Part shown: one piece after another, positions 1-9,675 of the stretch
Layout: each line of letters starts with the position of its first letter
Position numbering within the stretch: position 1 is the stretch's first letter
From: Candidatus Doudnabacteria bacterium
GTDB lineage: Bacteria > Patescibacteriota > Doudnabacteria > UBA920 > O2-02-FULL-48-8
NCBI GenBank assembly: GCA_039931165.1
Contig: JBDTSL010000001.1
Span: 66,214 to 130,213 of the forward strand
Length of the DNA: 64,000 nt
Direction: 5' to 3'
Made by a program: the position numbers and the translations under genes
The notes under the pieces: model-generated
The model's database searches: none
The model's input: only the letters and a program-made list of their open reading frames with translations
What the model was told of the DNA's origin: nothing

Positions 1-289
1 TCGCTAAATTGGCTATTCCTTCCGGTTTCAAGCTTTCTAAAAACCATTTTATATATGGACCGGGCAGTTTATCTTTGAGGCATTCCAGATATAAAGAAGT
101 ATCTTCCACAATTATATTGGTTTCCGAATTAGTCAGCGCTTCCTGCAGTTTATGGCGTATGATTTTGTGGGCATCCAGGGACTGGATTTCGGCCAGATCC
201 ACGTCTAATTGTTCTACTTCGACCGGGGACAGCATTTTTTTCACTTCTTCCAGTTTATTCGCATTGCCGGTGATAAATTTTACTTTCAT
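1..289 (-). CDS. rdgB: Non-canonical purine NTP pyrophosphatase (Ham1/ITPase family), 3'-truncated by window edge
   Basis: Manual translation from ATG at 289: MKVKFITGNANKLEEV...VEDTSLYLECLKDKLPGPYIKWF, Ham1 motifs; start overlaps the TGA of the upstream HD gene. Confidence 0.85.
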   Translation of the reverse strand, partial: MKVKFITGNANKLEEVKKMLSPVEVEQLDVDLAEIQSLDAHKIIRHKLQEALTNSETNIIVEDTSLYLECLKDKLPGPYIKWFLESLKPEGIANLA

Positions 290-843
290 CAGAGCCCTAT
301 CTCCTGAGCATTCTCTTTCATGGCCTGAAGAGAAATTTCCACCAATTCCGGCAGATCCATATTAATGTATTCTTTACAGAGCATTATAATCTCACGGTTG
401 ACTCCGGCGGCGAAACTTTTTTGCTTGAATTTTTTCAGGACCGATTCCGCAGAGACAGAGGCCAATTTTTTGTTCGGCTGGACCAGAGCAGCAGCCGTGA
501 TCAATCCCGATAATTCCTCCACACAATACAAAGTTTTTTCCAGAAGAGTTTCCGGTTTTATCTCATGGGCCCAGTTGTGGACGTAAATTGCGTTAATAAT
601 TTCGGGTTTCAGATCGGTTTTCTCCAAAATTTCTTTAGAAACCTTCGTATGATTCTTAAAATCGTCTTTCGTTTTTTCCCAATCCAAGTCATGGAGCATG
701 CCGGCCAATTCCCAGTCGTCCTGATTTTCGCCAAATTTGCCGGCCAAAGCCCTCATAATAAATCCCACTGCCAGATTGTGCCGGATCAGGTTCTGGTTGG
801 TAATATGCTCGCTTAAAAGCTTAACTGCTTCATTTCTTGTCAT
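289..843 (-). CDS. HD-domain (HDIG-type) phosphohydrolase
   Basis: RHNLAV...GMLHDLDWE, HNWAH motifs. Confidence 0.8.
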   Translation of the reverse strand: MTRNEAVKLLSEHITNQNLIRHNLAVGFIMRALAGKFGENQDDWELAGMLHDLDWEKTKDDFKNHTKVSKEILEKTDLKPEIINAIYVHNWAHEIKPETLLEKTLYCVEELSGLITAAALVQPNKKLASVSAESVLKKFKQKSFAAGVNREIIMLCKEYINMDLPELVEISLQAMKENAQEIGL

Positions 844-2302
844 CTTCTTCTTTCATAGGAGGAAATACCACTGTTTCGCGCAAAGATTTATCCATCAACA
901 CGGCAAACACGCGCTCGCTCATGCCAAAACCCACAGCCGGCGGCATGCCGTATTCCAGAGCTTCGACATAATCCGCGTCCAGCATCTGGGCTTCCTTATC
1001 CCCGGCTTCGCGCAATTTCATTTGCTCCATAAAACGCATCAGCTGATATTGCGGGTCATTCACTTCGGAGAAACCATTGCCCAGTTCGGATTTGCCGGCC
1101 ACAACCTGGAAGCGTAGAACTTTTTTGGGATTTTCGGGGTCCATTTTTGCCAAAGGAGAAATTTCCACGGGGTGTCCTACCAGAAAACACGGCTGAACCA
1201 GTTTCTGGCGCACGGTTTTTTTATAGATAGCGTCGATCATACGCCCTTTGCCGTAATTTTTATTGTAAGACACTTTCAATTCCTGGGCTTTTTTTATCAC
1301 ATCTTCAAAAGACGCCGAATTCAAATCCAATCCGGTTTCTTTTTTAAAAACATCGAAATAATCTACGCGCGGCCAGGCCTTGCCCCAGTTGAGCTTGTGC
1401 CCTTCATATTCCGTTTCCATGCCGCCCGCCACATTCTTGACAATTTTTTTATAAAGTTTTTCCACCAGTTCCATCCCTTTTTCATGGTCCGAATAAGCCC
1501 AATAAAATTCCATGTCATCGTATTCCTGCAGATGCTCGCGGTCGATGCCTTCGTTGCGGAACAGCCGGCCGATCTCGAACACTTTTTCAAATCCGCCGAC
1601 CAGCATCCGTTTCAGAGGAAGTTCCAGCGAGATCCGCAAATAAAAATCCCTGTCCAGAGCATTGTGGTGAGTGACGAACGGTTCGGCATCAGCTCCTCCC
1701 GGGATATTTTCTAAAACCGGCGTCCAAACTTCCAAAAAATCTTCCTCAACCATAAAATTTCTGACTGTCTGCCAAAAAACCGCTTTTTTTCTGAATAATT
1801 CGCGAGTGTCCGGATTGGCGATCATATCCAGATATCTTTTGCGCAGTTTGGTCTCAGTATCCTTCAGACCAAAATAATTTTGCGGGACAGGGCGGAGTGA
1901 TTTGGTCAGCAACGAGCAGTTGGTGGTTTCCAAAGTCTTTTCTCCTGTCTTTGACAACGTCAGGGTGCCTGTGACTTGAATAAAATCGCCGATGTCAATA
2001 AGCTCGTTGAATTCTTTAAATGCTTTTTCTCCCAGCGCGTCATTGCGCAATAAAAACTGAATGGCCCCGCTGCCATCTTCAAGGTTGCCGAAAGTCAGTT
2101 TTCCGTGCGTGCGGATCGAGCGGATTCTGCCGGCGAGCGTGATTGCCGGCTTGGAACCTGCCAAACTTTCAAACTTTTCAACGGCTTCGGCGATCGTATG
2201 AGTCCGCCCCGTGTGGACAGGATACGGGTCAATCCCGTCTTTTTTAAGCTGTTCAAGTTTAAGGATGCGAACTTGCCGTAATTCTTCGATTTTTTCGGTC
2301 AT
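830..2302 (-). CDS. lysS: Lysine--tRNA ligase (class II)
   Basis: OB anticodon domain, GGADAEPF, YLRISLEL, FRNEG, EYGMPPAVGFGM; start moved to ATG 2302 because the longer ORF runs through a TATAAT. Confidence 0.97.
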   Translation of the reverse strand: MTEKIEELRQVRILKLEQLKKDGIDPYPVHTGRTHTIAEAVEKFESLAGSKPAITLAGRIRSIRTHGKLTFGNLEDGSGAIQFLLRNDALGEKAFKEFNELIDIGDFIQVTGTLTLSKTGEKTLETTNCSLLTKSLRPVPQNYFGLKDTETKLRKRYLDMIANPDTRELFRKKAVFWQTVRNFMVEEDFLEVWTPVLENIPGGADAEPFVTHHNALDRDFYLRISLELPLKRMLVGGFEKVFEIGRLFRNEGIDREHLQEYDDMEFYWAYSDHEKGMELVEKLYKKIVKNVAGGMETEYEGHKLNWGKAWPRVDYFDVFKKETGLDLNSASFEDVIKKAQELKVSYNKNYGKGRMIDAIYKKTVRQKLVQPCFLVGHPVEISPLAKMDPENPKKVLRFQVVAGKSELGNGFSEVNDPQYQLMRFMEQMKLREAGDKEAQMLDADYVEALEYGMPPAVGFGMSERVFAVLMDKSLRETVVFPPMKEEDDKK

Positions 2303-2353
2303 TTGATTGCATTTACTAGTCCATATTATACCATAAAAAAGCGCCAAATAAAA

Positions 2354-3052
2354 CTATTTTGACAAATATTCTTTACGCCTTTTTTCCGGAAACCTTTCAA
2401 TAGCATAACGCAAGGCAGTCCTGGGCATTTGGCGGCGATATTTATCCAAAAATTTCACCAGAACTTTTTCATCTCTTTTGCCGACTTCTCGCAACATCCA
2501 GCCTACGGCTTTATGGATCAGGTCGTGCCTGTCTTCCAGAAGCATTTTGGCGATCTCCAAAGTTTTGGCAAATGAATGGCGGTAAATAAACTGATAGGTG
2601 GCTACTATCGCGATCCTCCGCTCCCAAATATTTTTCGATCTGGCCAGCTTATTCAAAATATCTTTGGGCTTGTCATGCAAGTACGCCCCGACTATTTTTG
2701 GAGCGGACAGGTCCACCAGGTCCCAATTGTTCACAAACCTAGTGGAATTCAAATAAAATCGATAGATCCTGGCCTTCTCGGATTGTTTGGCTTTCTGGAA
2801 ATTATGAACCAAGATCAGAAGCGCGATCAACCGCTGTTCGTGATATTTTGACTTGAGTAGCAAATTAATCTCTGCCAAACTAGAACCTGCGTGCTTTTTG
2901 GCCAAAATCCGGGACGCAGGAACCCTGATCCCCATAAACACATCGCCTTCCGCATATCCCCCTCTCCCGGTCTTGAAATATCGCTGCATAAACTTAGCTT
3001 GAGGCGGATCGGCCTGTTTTTTTATTTCCCGGCGAAGGGATGACAGTGACAT
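2354..3052 (-). CDS. DNA alkylation repair protein (AlkD-like)
   Basis: YFKTG.GGYAEGD, NNWDLVD, DLIHKAVGWMLREVGKRD, MPRTALRYAIE. Confidence 0.9.
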   Translation of the reverse strand: MSLSSLRREIKKQADPPQAKFMQRYFKTGRGGYAEGDVFMGIRVPASRILAKKHAGSSLAEINLLLKSKYHEQRLIALLILVHNFQKAKQSEKARIYRFYLNSTRFVNNWDLVDLSAPKIVGAYLHDKPKDILNKLARSKNIWERRIAIVATYQFIYRHSFAKTLEIAKMLLEDRHDLIHKAVGWMLREVGKRDEKVLVKFLDKYRRQMPRTALRYAIERFPEKRRKEYLSK

Positions 3053-3054
3053 GG

Positions 3055-3987
3055 TCACTTTATCCCGCACAATTTTTTGACCGCGGAAATATCATCGGTT
3101 GTCAGCTTGTCATTTTTTCCCTGGTTCAGATAGTACATAATCGCCGCGGGATCAGTCACAATATGCTCCAACCCCAAGGCATGACCGAGCTCGTGGGCCA
3201 GAACGCGGATCAGTTTATACTGATCGTCGAATTCGTAGATGTCGATCTGCTGGCCTGATGAATCGGACTTGTACAGCCCTTCTTCAAACTCATTCCCCAG
3301 CGATGAGCCGACAGTGTTGTATTGCGATACGTTCAAATTCAGCGCGGTCCCAAGCCTGTTAAGCGTGCTGGCCAAGGCATTGATCTGGTCCACTAAAGCG
3401 TTGAATTGTTCCTTTTCCCGGTTGAGGGCTACGGCATCGGCGTTGAGCTGGCTGCGCTGCGCGTTTAACTGCGCTACAATGCCGGGGCTCGCACCGCCTT
3501 TGCTGTTCCAATAATTCACCTGCTGCTCGTAATTTTTACGGCGCTCCTCATAACTTGCGATATGGGCATCCAGTTGTTTTTTGAGCGAACCGTAATCGGC
3601 GCTTAAAGTATCATAGCGCTTCTTCAGGTTTTCGTAAGAGGATTTGGAATCATCAATAGTCAAACCCAGCGCCCTTAGCTTGTCGGTTGCTTCCTGCCGG
3701 TAATCATAAATTAAATTAATCTTCAGCCGGCCGTTTGGAGAATACCGGAACAGATCCTTGTCGACCGCTGCGTCCCAAATGCCCGCGGCCTGATTGATGT
3801 CGGCCAGAAACTTCTCCTCTGTAACGCCGAACTTTGGGTCAATACTGCCGATTGAATAGGTAATTGGGCTTAAGCAAGGTTTGAAAAACAGGTTTAGGTT
3901 CTTTGTTTGGGAGTAAAAAGAAAGACCAGCAATAACAAGCAAGGCAAAAATAGATAATTTGAGAAAATTAGCTTTGGTCAGGTTCAT
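3055..3987 (-). CDS. Membrane-anchored matrixin-family (M10) zinc metalloprotease with coiled-coil insertion
   Basis: N-terminal TM helix; HELGHALGLEH zinc motif and AIMY Met-turn. Confidence 0.85.
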   Translation of the reverse strand: MNLTKANFLKLSIFALLVIAGLSFYSQTKNLNLFFKPCLSPITYSIGSIDPKFGVTEEKFLADINQAAGIWDAAVDKDLFRYSPNGRLKINLIYDYRQEATDKLRALGLTIDDSKSSYENLKKRYDTLSADYGSLKKQLDAHIASYEERRKNYEQQVNYWNSKGGASPGIVAQLNAQRSQLNADAVALNREKEQFNALVDQINALASTLNRLGTALNLNVSQYNTVGSSLGNEFEEGLYKSDSSGQQIDIYEFDDQYKLIRVLAHELGHALGLEHIVTDPAAIMYYLNQGKNDKLTTDDISAVKKLCGIK

Positions 3988-4029
3988 GTCAGGTTAAATA
4001 TAACGAGGAAAAAACAATAAGGCAATTTT

Positions 4030-4058
4030 TTGACTTTTGGCCGCCAATTGGATAAAAT
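4030..4058 (+). promoter_or_regulatory. sigma70-type promoter of ORFan cassette 1
   Basis: TTGACT-17 bp-TAAAAT. Confidence 0.7.
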
Positions 4059-4092
4059 TTTATCAGAAGCCGAACATCAAGGGGGAGCGAAA

Positions 4093-4491
4093 ATGAAGAG
4101 TGAGATCATCAAGCCGACTCTCTCGCACGCGATCTCTGTCGAACGGCACACATTTGAGCGGTTCAGAGAAGTGAGAACCTGGGCCGAGGCGTTTGACCAA
4201 GTCGGACTGCTCTTTCTTCAGAAAGAACGCCGTCTGCTCTACATGATATCGCGAAGCGAGATCGGGAAGCGGGAACCGGTCAGATACGAATTGGTGGACA
4301 TGTGTCAGATCCATGAGCTGGAAGATTCCTGCCAAGATACTGTCACGGCAGTCAAATTCCAGGTCATGGACATAGAAACCAAGGAACAGGTAAGTTCCAT
4401 CGACCAGACTTTGGTCCGGGCCATCGTCCTGGTCTACATGTGCCACGACGAGTGGTTCACCGATCTGGACCTGGCTCAACTCGAGTTTTGA
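4093..4491 (+). CDS. Hypothetical protein (ORFan, 132 aa)
   Basis: ATG preceded by AAGGGGGAG SD-like sequence, own promoter and terminator; no recognisable motif. Confidence 0.7.
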   Translation: MKSEIIKPTLSHAISVERHTFERFREVRTWAEAFDQVGLLFLQKERRLLYMISRSEIGKREPVRYELVDMCQIHELEDSCQDTVTAVKFQVMDIETKEQVSSIDQTLVRAIVLVYMCHDEWFTDLDLAQLEF

Positions 4492-4517
4492 CAAACCGCG
4501 TACTATGCCGAATCACC

Positions 4518-4549
4518 GACCGCAAACAGAGCTTGCGGTCTTTTCTTTT
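4518..4549 (+). terminator. Intrinsic terminator
   Basis: GACCGCAA-loop-TTGCGGTC followed by TTTTCTTTT. Confidence 0.75.
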
Positions 4550-4551
4550 TG

Positions 4552-5112
4552 CTAAACTGTTTCAGGTTTCAGGAGCGGAGCAAATTTTGCCCGCAATTTG
4601 GAAATTTTAGGGTTGATGACAAATTGGCAATAAGCCTTATTTTTATTTTGTTCATAATACCGCTGATGATAGCTTTCCGCCGGCCAAAATTTGTCCAAAG
4701 CGGCAACTTCGGTCACGATTGGATCATCAAAAACTTCTTCATCTTCCAATTTTTTGATAAATGCTTCGGCTTCTTTTTTTTGTTCTGCTGTCATATAAAA
4801 AACCGCGGAACGATACTGCTCGCCGACATCCTCGCCCTGCCGGTTCAGAGTCGTCGGGTCATGCAAGGCAAAAAAAACATTCAAAAGGTCGGAATATTTT
4901 ACATTCCCGGGATCAAATTCAACCTTGATCGCTTCCGCATGCCCGGTATTTCCAATGGACACCTGTTCATAAGTGGGATTTTGGGTGTGTCCGCCGGTGT
5001 AGCCGGATTCGACCGATTCCACACCTTTCAATCTCACAAAAACCGCCTCCGTGCACCAAAAACAACCACCTCCAAAAACGGCAACCTCAAGTTTATTTTT
5101 TTTATCAATCAT
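4552..5112 (-). CDS. msrA: Peptide-methionine (S)-S-oxide reductase
   Basis: GGGCFWCTEA, TGHAE, HDPT, QYRS, AESYHQ motifs. Confidence 0.97.
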   Translation of the reverse strand: MIDKKNKLEVAVFGGGCFWCTEAVFVRLKGVESVESGYTGGHTQNPTYEQVSIGNTGHAEAIKVEFDPGNVKYSDLLNVFFALHDPTTLNRQGEDVGEQYRSAVFYMTAEQKKEAEAFIKKLEDEEVFDDPIVTEVAALDKFWPAESYHQRYYEQNKNKAYCQFVINPKISKLRAKFAPLLKPETV

Positions 5113-5122
5113 AATATTTACT

Positions 5123-5830
5123 TCAGAATCTTAAATAATTATTCCAATAATCATAAAGCTCCTTGGTCGCGAATAGATCTCCCGCGTTGTATTTTGCCAA
5201 ATCAACAAACTGCTTTTCTTTAAACATCCGGCCGACATCATCGCCGGAAATCCCGTCCGACTTCGGGCTTTTGATGCCGAACGCCCTGGAATATAAATGC
5301 AGGCTGCCTTTCCGCCGCGCCGCGCCGTAAAAAGACAGCTGGTCCATGAGGTCGATATGCTGGCTTTTTTTCTGCTGATAGAGGTAGCGCCCTTCCATCA
5401 GGTCTCTGGTCGGCTTGATCTTATGAATAGCGGAACGGATGGCCAAGAAAGGAGCATCGAACCCCCGGCCGTTGAAACTTATAAACTCCTGATATTTCAG
5501 AGCGCCTTTCCAGAAATTTTCAAGCATCTCTTTTTCGGTCATCTGTTTGTATTTGATCCCGTTTTCTTCAAATTCAGCGATGGTTTCTCCAGGAGCCTGG
5601 AAATAGACGCACCCTTGATTTTTATCGAAATCCAAAACCCCGATCGCCACGATCTGGCCGGTAAGAGGAGAAAACCCCAGGCCATTTTTCAGATCTTCAA
5701 GTGCTGCCCCGTACTCCGTGTCCGAATCCGATTCTTTTTTTATCCAACGGGTTAAAACTTCTTGCGTCGTCTCGTCAAGCTGGTCAAAATTCTCGCCGAC
5801 AGTTTCGATATCGAAAATCAATTTAGGCAT
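5123..5830 (-). CDS. DEDD 3'-5' exonuclease (PolB-exo/RNase H-like family)
   Basis: FDIET, FNGRGFDAPF, HIDL, YNAGDL motifs. Confidence 0.85.
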   Translation of the reverse strand: MPKLIFDIETVGENFDQLDETTQEVLTRWIKKESDSDTEYGAALEDLKNGLGFSPLTGQIVAIGVLDFDKNQGCVYFQAPGETIAEFEENGIKYKQMTEKEMLENFWKGALKYQEFISFNGRGFDAPFLAIRSAIHKIKPTRDLMEGRYLYQQKKSQHIDLMDQLSFYGAARRKGSLHLYSRAFGIKSPKSDGISGDDVGRMFKEKQFVDLAKYNAGDLFATKELYDYWNNYLRF

Positions 5831-5922
5831 AGGGTTGTATTGTACGCTGCTTTAATACTATTATTAATAACATTTTAACCGCAATCTAACAAGGTGGAAA
5901 CCTGGAAACTATTAAACCAGTC

Positions 5923-5951
5923 TTGCCAGTTCCGGTTTTTTGCGCTATGAT
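5923..5951 (+). promoter_or_regulatory. sigma70-type promoter of ORFan cassette 2
   Basis: TTGCCA-17 bp-TATGAT. Confidence 0.7.
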
Positions 5952-5981
5952 ATAAGGCTGGTTTTCAATAGGAGGAAGAGA

Positions 5982-6449
5982 ATGGATCGTGAAGTGTTCG
6001 GTAAACAGGTTGACATCTACCTCAACGAACGGCCATGTGGCGATGCTGCCTCGGCCAAATTAGCGCTTGTGGCGCTATATGACTTTATCCTGACCAGGGC
6101 GCATATCGCTCTGGCACATCCAGGAGACCCGGCAACCTGGGACGAGATGTGTTACTTGGTCCTGCAGACCATGGGACGGTCGCCATTGCGCCTCATCTTG
6201 CTGGCGCTAACCAAGGACGATCTGAAGCCGATTCGCGCCGCGGCCAAATACAATCTGGCCCTAACCTCGCAGGGCTTCGAGAATGACCCGGAAGCTCTCA
6301 TGGGGGACGGGATAAATTTCCGGGTCGTGCAGTCCGGAAAAGCCGAGAAATTACTTTCGGAAATTGCCACAAGCCCGCTGGTGAAGCGCGCGGTGGCCGA
6401 ATGGGAAAAGTCTAATCCCAATCCCACTCCCACTCTCGGCGAGGAGTAG
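5982..6449 (+). CDS. Hypothetical protein (ORFan, 155 aa)
   Basis: AGGAGG SD before ATG 5982; own promoter and terminator. Confidence 0.72.
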   Translation: MDREVFGKQVDIYLNERPCGDAASAKLALVALYDFILTRAHIALAHPGDPATWDEMCYLVLQTMGRSPLRLILLALTKDDLKPIRAAAKYNLALTSQGFENDPEALMGDGINFRVVQSGKAEKLLSEIATSPLVKRAVAEWEKSNPNPTPTLGEE

Positions 6450-6478
6450 GAAAAAAATACGGATTCACGAAAAAGTTT

Positions 6479-6508
6479 AAGCCTTGCAGCAACTGCAAGG
6501 CTTTTTTT
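6479..6508 (+). terminator. Intrinsic terminator
   Basis: AAGCCTTGCAG-CAA-CTGCAAGGCTT plus T-run. Confidence 0.85.
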
Positions 6509-6533
6509 ATTTATTTAACTCTTTTCAAAATTA

Positions 6534-7022
6534 CTAATAATCTCGTTTATTTTTGAATTTCTGTACTACTGTGTATACCGCGATCAATGATAGCAAAAAC
6601 ATGATCGAACCATAAATGCACGGAGACTGCCAGGGGCTGGTAATCACTTTGGAAGTGCAGCCGACAATGCCTTTAGGGCTTTGGCTGAACTGATAAAGCT
6701 CATATCCCACATTCACCCAGCCGAATATGGTCGAAGCAAACAGCAGCCACATCAATTTGATGTAGGAACCGGAAATATTTTCGCGGTCAAGCGCGCGGTA
6801 AAGATAGATTGCCCAGACCAAGCAGATCAAAAACGCAATGGCCCCGTAAAAACAAGGAGTGGTCACGGGATTTGGGAACAAGCAATTTTGGATTTTAAAC
6901 AGCGTGCCTTCGTTGTTATAAAACCGGACAAAACTTTGCAGAACCGTGGTCCACGAAATTCCCACACCCACAATCAAAAACGCCATCAAACATAAAATGT
7001 ATGTTCGAATTGTTCTGGTCAT
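6534..7022 (-). CDS. 4-TM membrane protein with two Cys-pair loops (DsbB-like topology, function uncertain)
   Basis: Internal duplication C..PCFYG / C..PCIYG, each followed by a TM helix. Confidence 0.6.
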   Translation of the reverse strand: MTRTIRTYILCLMAFLIVGVGISWTTVLQSFVRFYNNEGTLFKIQNCLFPNPVTTPCFYGAIAFLICLVWAIYLYRALDRENISGSYIKLMWLLFASTIFGWVNVGYELYQFSQSPKGIVGCTSKVITSPWQSPCIYGSIMFLLSLIAVYTVVQKFKNKRDY

Positions 7023-7025
7023 TAT

Positions 7026-7502
7026 TTATTTATTTAATTGCCAAATGGAATAGTTCAGATAAGCGACAAAACAGGTCCATACAAAATACGGGACCAATAC
7101 TATTGCCGCCAAGACGGAAATCGGGAAGATTAATAGGATCAGCGCCAACACCGATAATGCCAATGCTCCCGCTTCCAACACTGCGTAGCCTACCATGTGC
7201 AGAAAGAAAAAAATAAAACTCCAAAACACGTTCATAAGCGCGTTAAGGGTGAACATCACGATGATAAAATTAAAAACCGTTTCTTCGTGAAGAACCGCAT
7301 TTGTATTCCACACGATCAACACTGAGATCGTGGCCAGGATATAAATAACGGCCCAGACCGTTCCGATCACCTGGCCCGCGGGGCTGAACGACGGAAGCTT
7401 AAGGGATTTATACCATTTTTTCAGTCCGGCGCTGGTGAAATAGTCCCCTGTCATGGCCACAAGAAGCGCGATCAAAGGAATAAAGAAATAATTTATTTTC
7501 AT
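7026..7502 (-). CDS. tspO: TspO/MBR family tryptophan-rich membrane protein
   Basis: WYKSLKLPSFSPA..VW..IY, LMNVFWSFIFF, VPYFVW. Confidence 0.9.
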   Translation of the reverse strand: MKINYFFIPLIALLVAMTGDYFTSAGLKKWYKSLKLPSFSPAGQVIGTVWAVIYILATISVLIVWNTNAVLHEETVFNFIIVMFTLNALMNVFWSFIFFFLHMVGYAVLEAGALALSVLALILLIFPISVLAAIVLVPYFVWTCFVAYLNYSIWQLNK

Positions 7503-7548
7503 TTTTGTTATTAGTCTGTCTTGAGTATACTCCGCCGTGTCCACGCGG

Positions 7549-7740
7549 TCAAAGAATATTTTGCACGCGGCCGACCTGCCCGTCTTCAAGACGGACTTTT
7601 ATTCCATGCGGATGGGACGCGGAACCGGTTAAAATCTCGGCAACTATGCCGCGGGTCAGCGCTCCGGTTCCCTGGTCTGCTTTCAGTACGATTTCCACTT
7701 CTATCCCCGGTTTGATGGCATCCCTATTCTGGCCATTCAT
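7549..7740 (-). CDS. YwbE-family (DUF2196) small protein
   Basis: IKPG..V.IVLKADQ.TG.LT.G.V..ILT.S..HPHGIKVRL.DGQVGRV. Confidence 0.9.
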   Translation of the reverse strand: MNGQNRDAIKPGIEVEIVLKADQGTGALTRGIVAEILTGSASHPHGIKVRLEDGQVGRVQNIL

Positions 7741-7774
7741 AAGCATTACTCATGCATAAAAGAAAGGCGCTGAT

Positions 7775-8236
7775 TTATTTTATATCAGTGATCTCGTACA
7801 TGGTCTTGCCTGCCGGAGTGTCCACAGGGATCTTATCGCCTTTTTTGGCGCCCAGTATGCTGCGGCCGACGAGTGACTCATTGGAAATTTTACCGGCTGC
7901 CGGGTTAGCTTCGTTTGCCCCGACTATCGTATATTTCAGATCGGTGCCATTGACGCGGAGCAAAACCGTGGAGCCGATCGAGACCATGCCGTTGTTTTCG
8001 CTGGGGGCGATGATCTGGGCGTTCTTGACCATTTCTTCCAATTCCTGGATGCGGCCTTCGATGAACGCCTGCTCCTCCTTGGCTTGCGCGTAATCCGCGT
8101 TTTCCGAAAGATCGCCGTGCGAGACGGCTTCCTGGATGCGCTCAACGACTTCCTTACGCTTGTCTTCTTTCAAAACCTTTAATTCGTCCTGGAGTTTCTT
8201 CAGCCCGTCTTTTGTAAGCAATACCGCTTTACTCAT
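7775..8236 (-). CDS. greA: Transcription elongation factor GreA
   Basis: HGDLSENADYAQAKEEQ, KISNESLVG. Confidence 0.96.
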   Translation of the reverse strand: MSKAVLLTKDGLKKLQDELKVLKEDKRKEVVERIQEAVSHGDLSENADYAQAKEEQAFIEGRIQELEEMVKNAQIIAPSENNGMVSIGSTVLLRVNGTDLKYTIVGANEANPAAGKISNESLVGRSILGAKKGDKIPVDTPAGKTMYEITDIK

Positions 8237-8291
8237 GTTTTTATATCTTTATAAAGGTCCAAATTGAACCTTCGATTAATACGCCAGCAAT

Positions 8292-8320
8292 ATATTAAGA
8301 GATATGGACCGCTTTGTCAA
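8292..8320 (-). promoter_or_regulatory. sigma70 promoter of greA
   Basis: TTGACA-17 bp-TAATAT on the minus strand. Confidence 0.7.
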
Positions 8321-8326
8321 CTAGAA

Positions 8327-8400
8327 AACGTATAACGCATAACGCGAAACGTGTAACGTAAAAAAACATCTTAAAGTTTTACGTTCCAAATTACACGTTA
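8327..8400. repeat. Degenerate heptamer tandem array (AACGNNN) with inverted partner
   Basis: aacgtat aacgcat aacgcga aacgtgt aacgt ... acgtt/acacgtta. Confidence 0.6.
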
Positions 8401-9675
8401 CACGATTAAGAACCAAATTACCAGTATACCGGCTACGGTCATCAGGGCCGTGATCAGCCAGCCAAGTATTGTGACAAACGGATGATTGGTCCATTCCTTC
8501 ATGACCTTGCGGTCGGAAGACAAAAGCACGATCACACCGAGGATAAATGGCGAGATCAGGCCGTTAAGCACTGCCGAATAGATCAGCATCCTGATGACAT
8601 CCAAATGCAAAAAATTCATGGCAAGGCCGATGATCATGGAAACCGCGATCACTCCGTAAAAAGCATGGGCCTGCTTGAATTTCCGATATAGGCCTTCACG
8701 CCAGTGGAAACTTTCGGAAATAGCATATGACGAGGAACCGGCCAGAACCGGAACCGCCAAAAACCCGGTTCCTAGGATCCCCAAAGTAAACAAAAGGTAA
8801 GACATCCGGCCGGCCAGTGGCTTGAGAGCGGCTGCCGCTCCTGCCGCATCCTTGATGTCGGTCATTCCGTGAGAAAAAAGCGTGGCCGCGCAGACGGCGA
8901 TGATAAAAAACATAACAAGGTTGGATAAAAACATTCCTCCCCAGACATCCACGCGCATTCGGCGGATGTCCTCGGGCGAAGTTTCAATTTCGCGTTTTTT
9001 TATCGTCGTTTTCCCCTCCATGATCTGCTCTTCCACTTCCTGCGAAGTTTGCCAGAAAAAAAGATATGGTGAAATAGTCGTTCCCAACACCGCGATGAGC
9101 AGGATCAAAGATTGTTTGTTAAAGATAATTGTCGGAACAATCAGATGTTTAAGCGCATCTGCCCAGTCAATGCGCACGATCAGTCCGGATAAAACATAAG
9201 AAAGCAAAGTTAATGCCAGCCATTTCAAAACTCTGGCATAAGATTTATACGCCGTAAAAATCTGCAGATATAAACTTATGACCGCAAACCCGATCACCAG
9301 CACCGAAAAATTTATGGGTACCAACAGCCGCAAAGCTTCGGCCATGATACCCAGATCCGCTCCGATATTGAATGTATTGGCGATGAACAATAACCCGGCG
9401 CAGGTATACAAAACCCATTTGGAATTATGCCGGCCAATAGCGCCAGCCAGCCCCCGTCCGGTCACAACCCCGATGCGCGCGCACATCTCCTGAACGATGG
9501 CCATCAGCGGAAATGTCAGCAGAGCTGTCCATAAAAAATTAAACCCATACGCGGCCCCCGCCTGTGAATAAGTAGCGATCCCTGACGGGTCATCATCGGC
9601 GGCGCCGGTGGTCAACCCAGGCCCGAGCATGTTCCAGTAGTCGTACACGCTCCGCCTGTTCTCACTTTTCGCCAT
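8398..9675 (-). CDS. NRAMP-family divalent metal transporter
   Basis: GPGLTTGAADDDPSGIATYSQAG, GTTISPYLFFWQ; multiple TM helices. Confidence 0.9.
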   Translation of the reverse strand: MAKSENRRSVYDYWNMLGPGLTTGAADDDPSGIATYSQAGAAYGFNFLWTALLTFPLMAIVQEMCARIGVVTGRGLAGAIGRHNSKWVLYTCAGLLFIANTFNIGADLGIMAEALRLLVPINFSVLVIGFAVISLYLQIFTAYKSYARVLKWLALTLLSYVLSGLIVRIDWADALKHLIVPTIIFNKQSLILLIAVLGTTISPYLFFWQTSQEVEEQIMEGKTTIKKREIETSPEDIRRMRVDVWGGMFLSNLVMFFIIAVCAATLFSHGMTDIKDAAGAAAALKPLAGRMSYLLFTLGILGTGFLAVPVLAGSSSYAISESFHWREGLYRKFKQAHAFYGVIAVSMIIGLAMNFLHLDVIRMLIYSAVLNGLISPFILGVIVLLSSDRKVMKEWTNHPFVTILGWLITALMTVAGILVIWFLIV

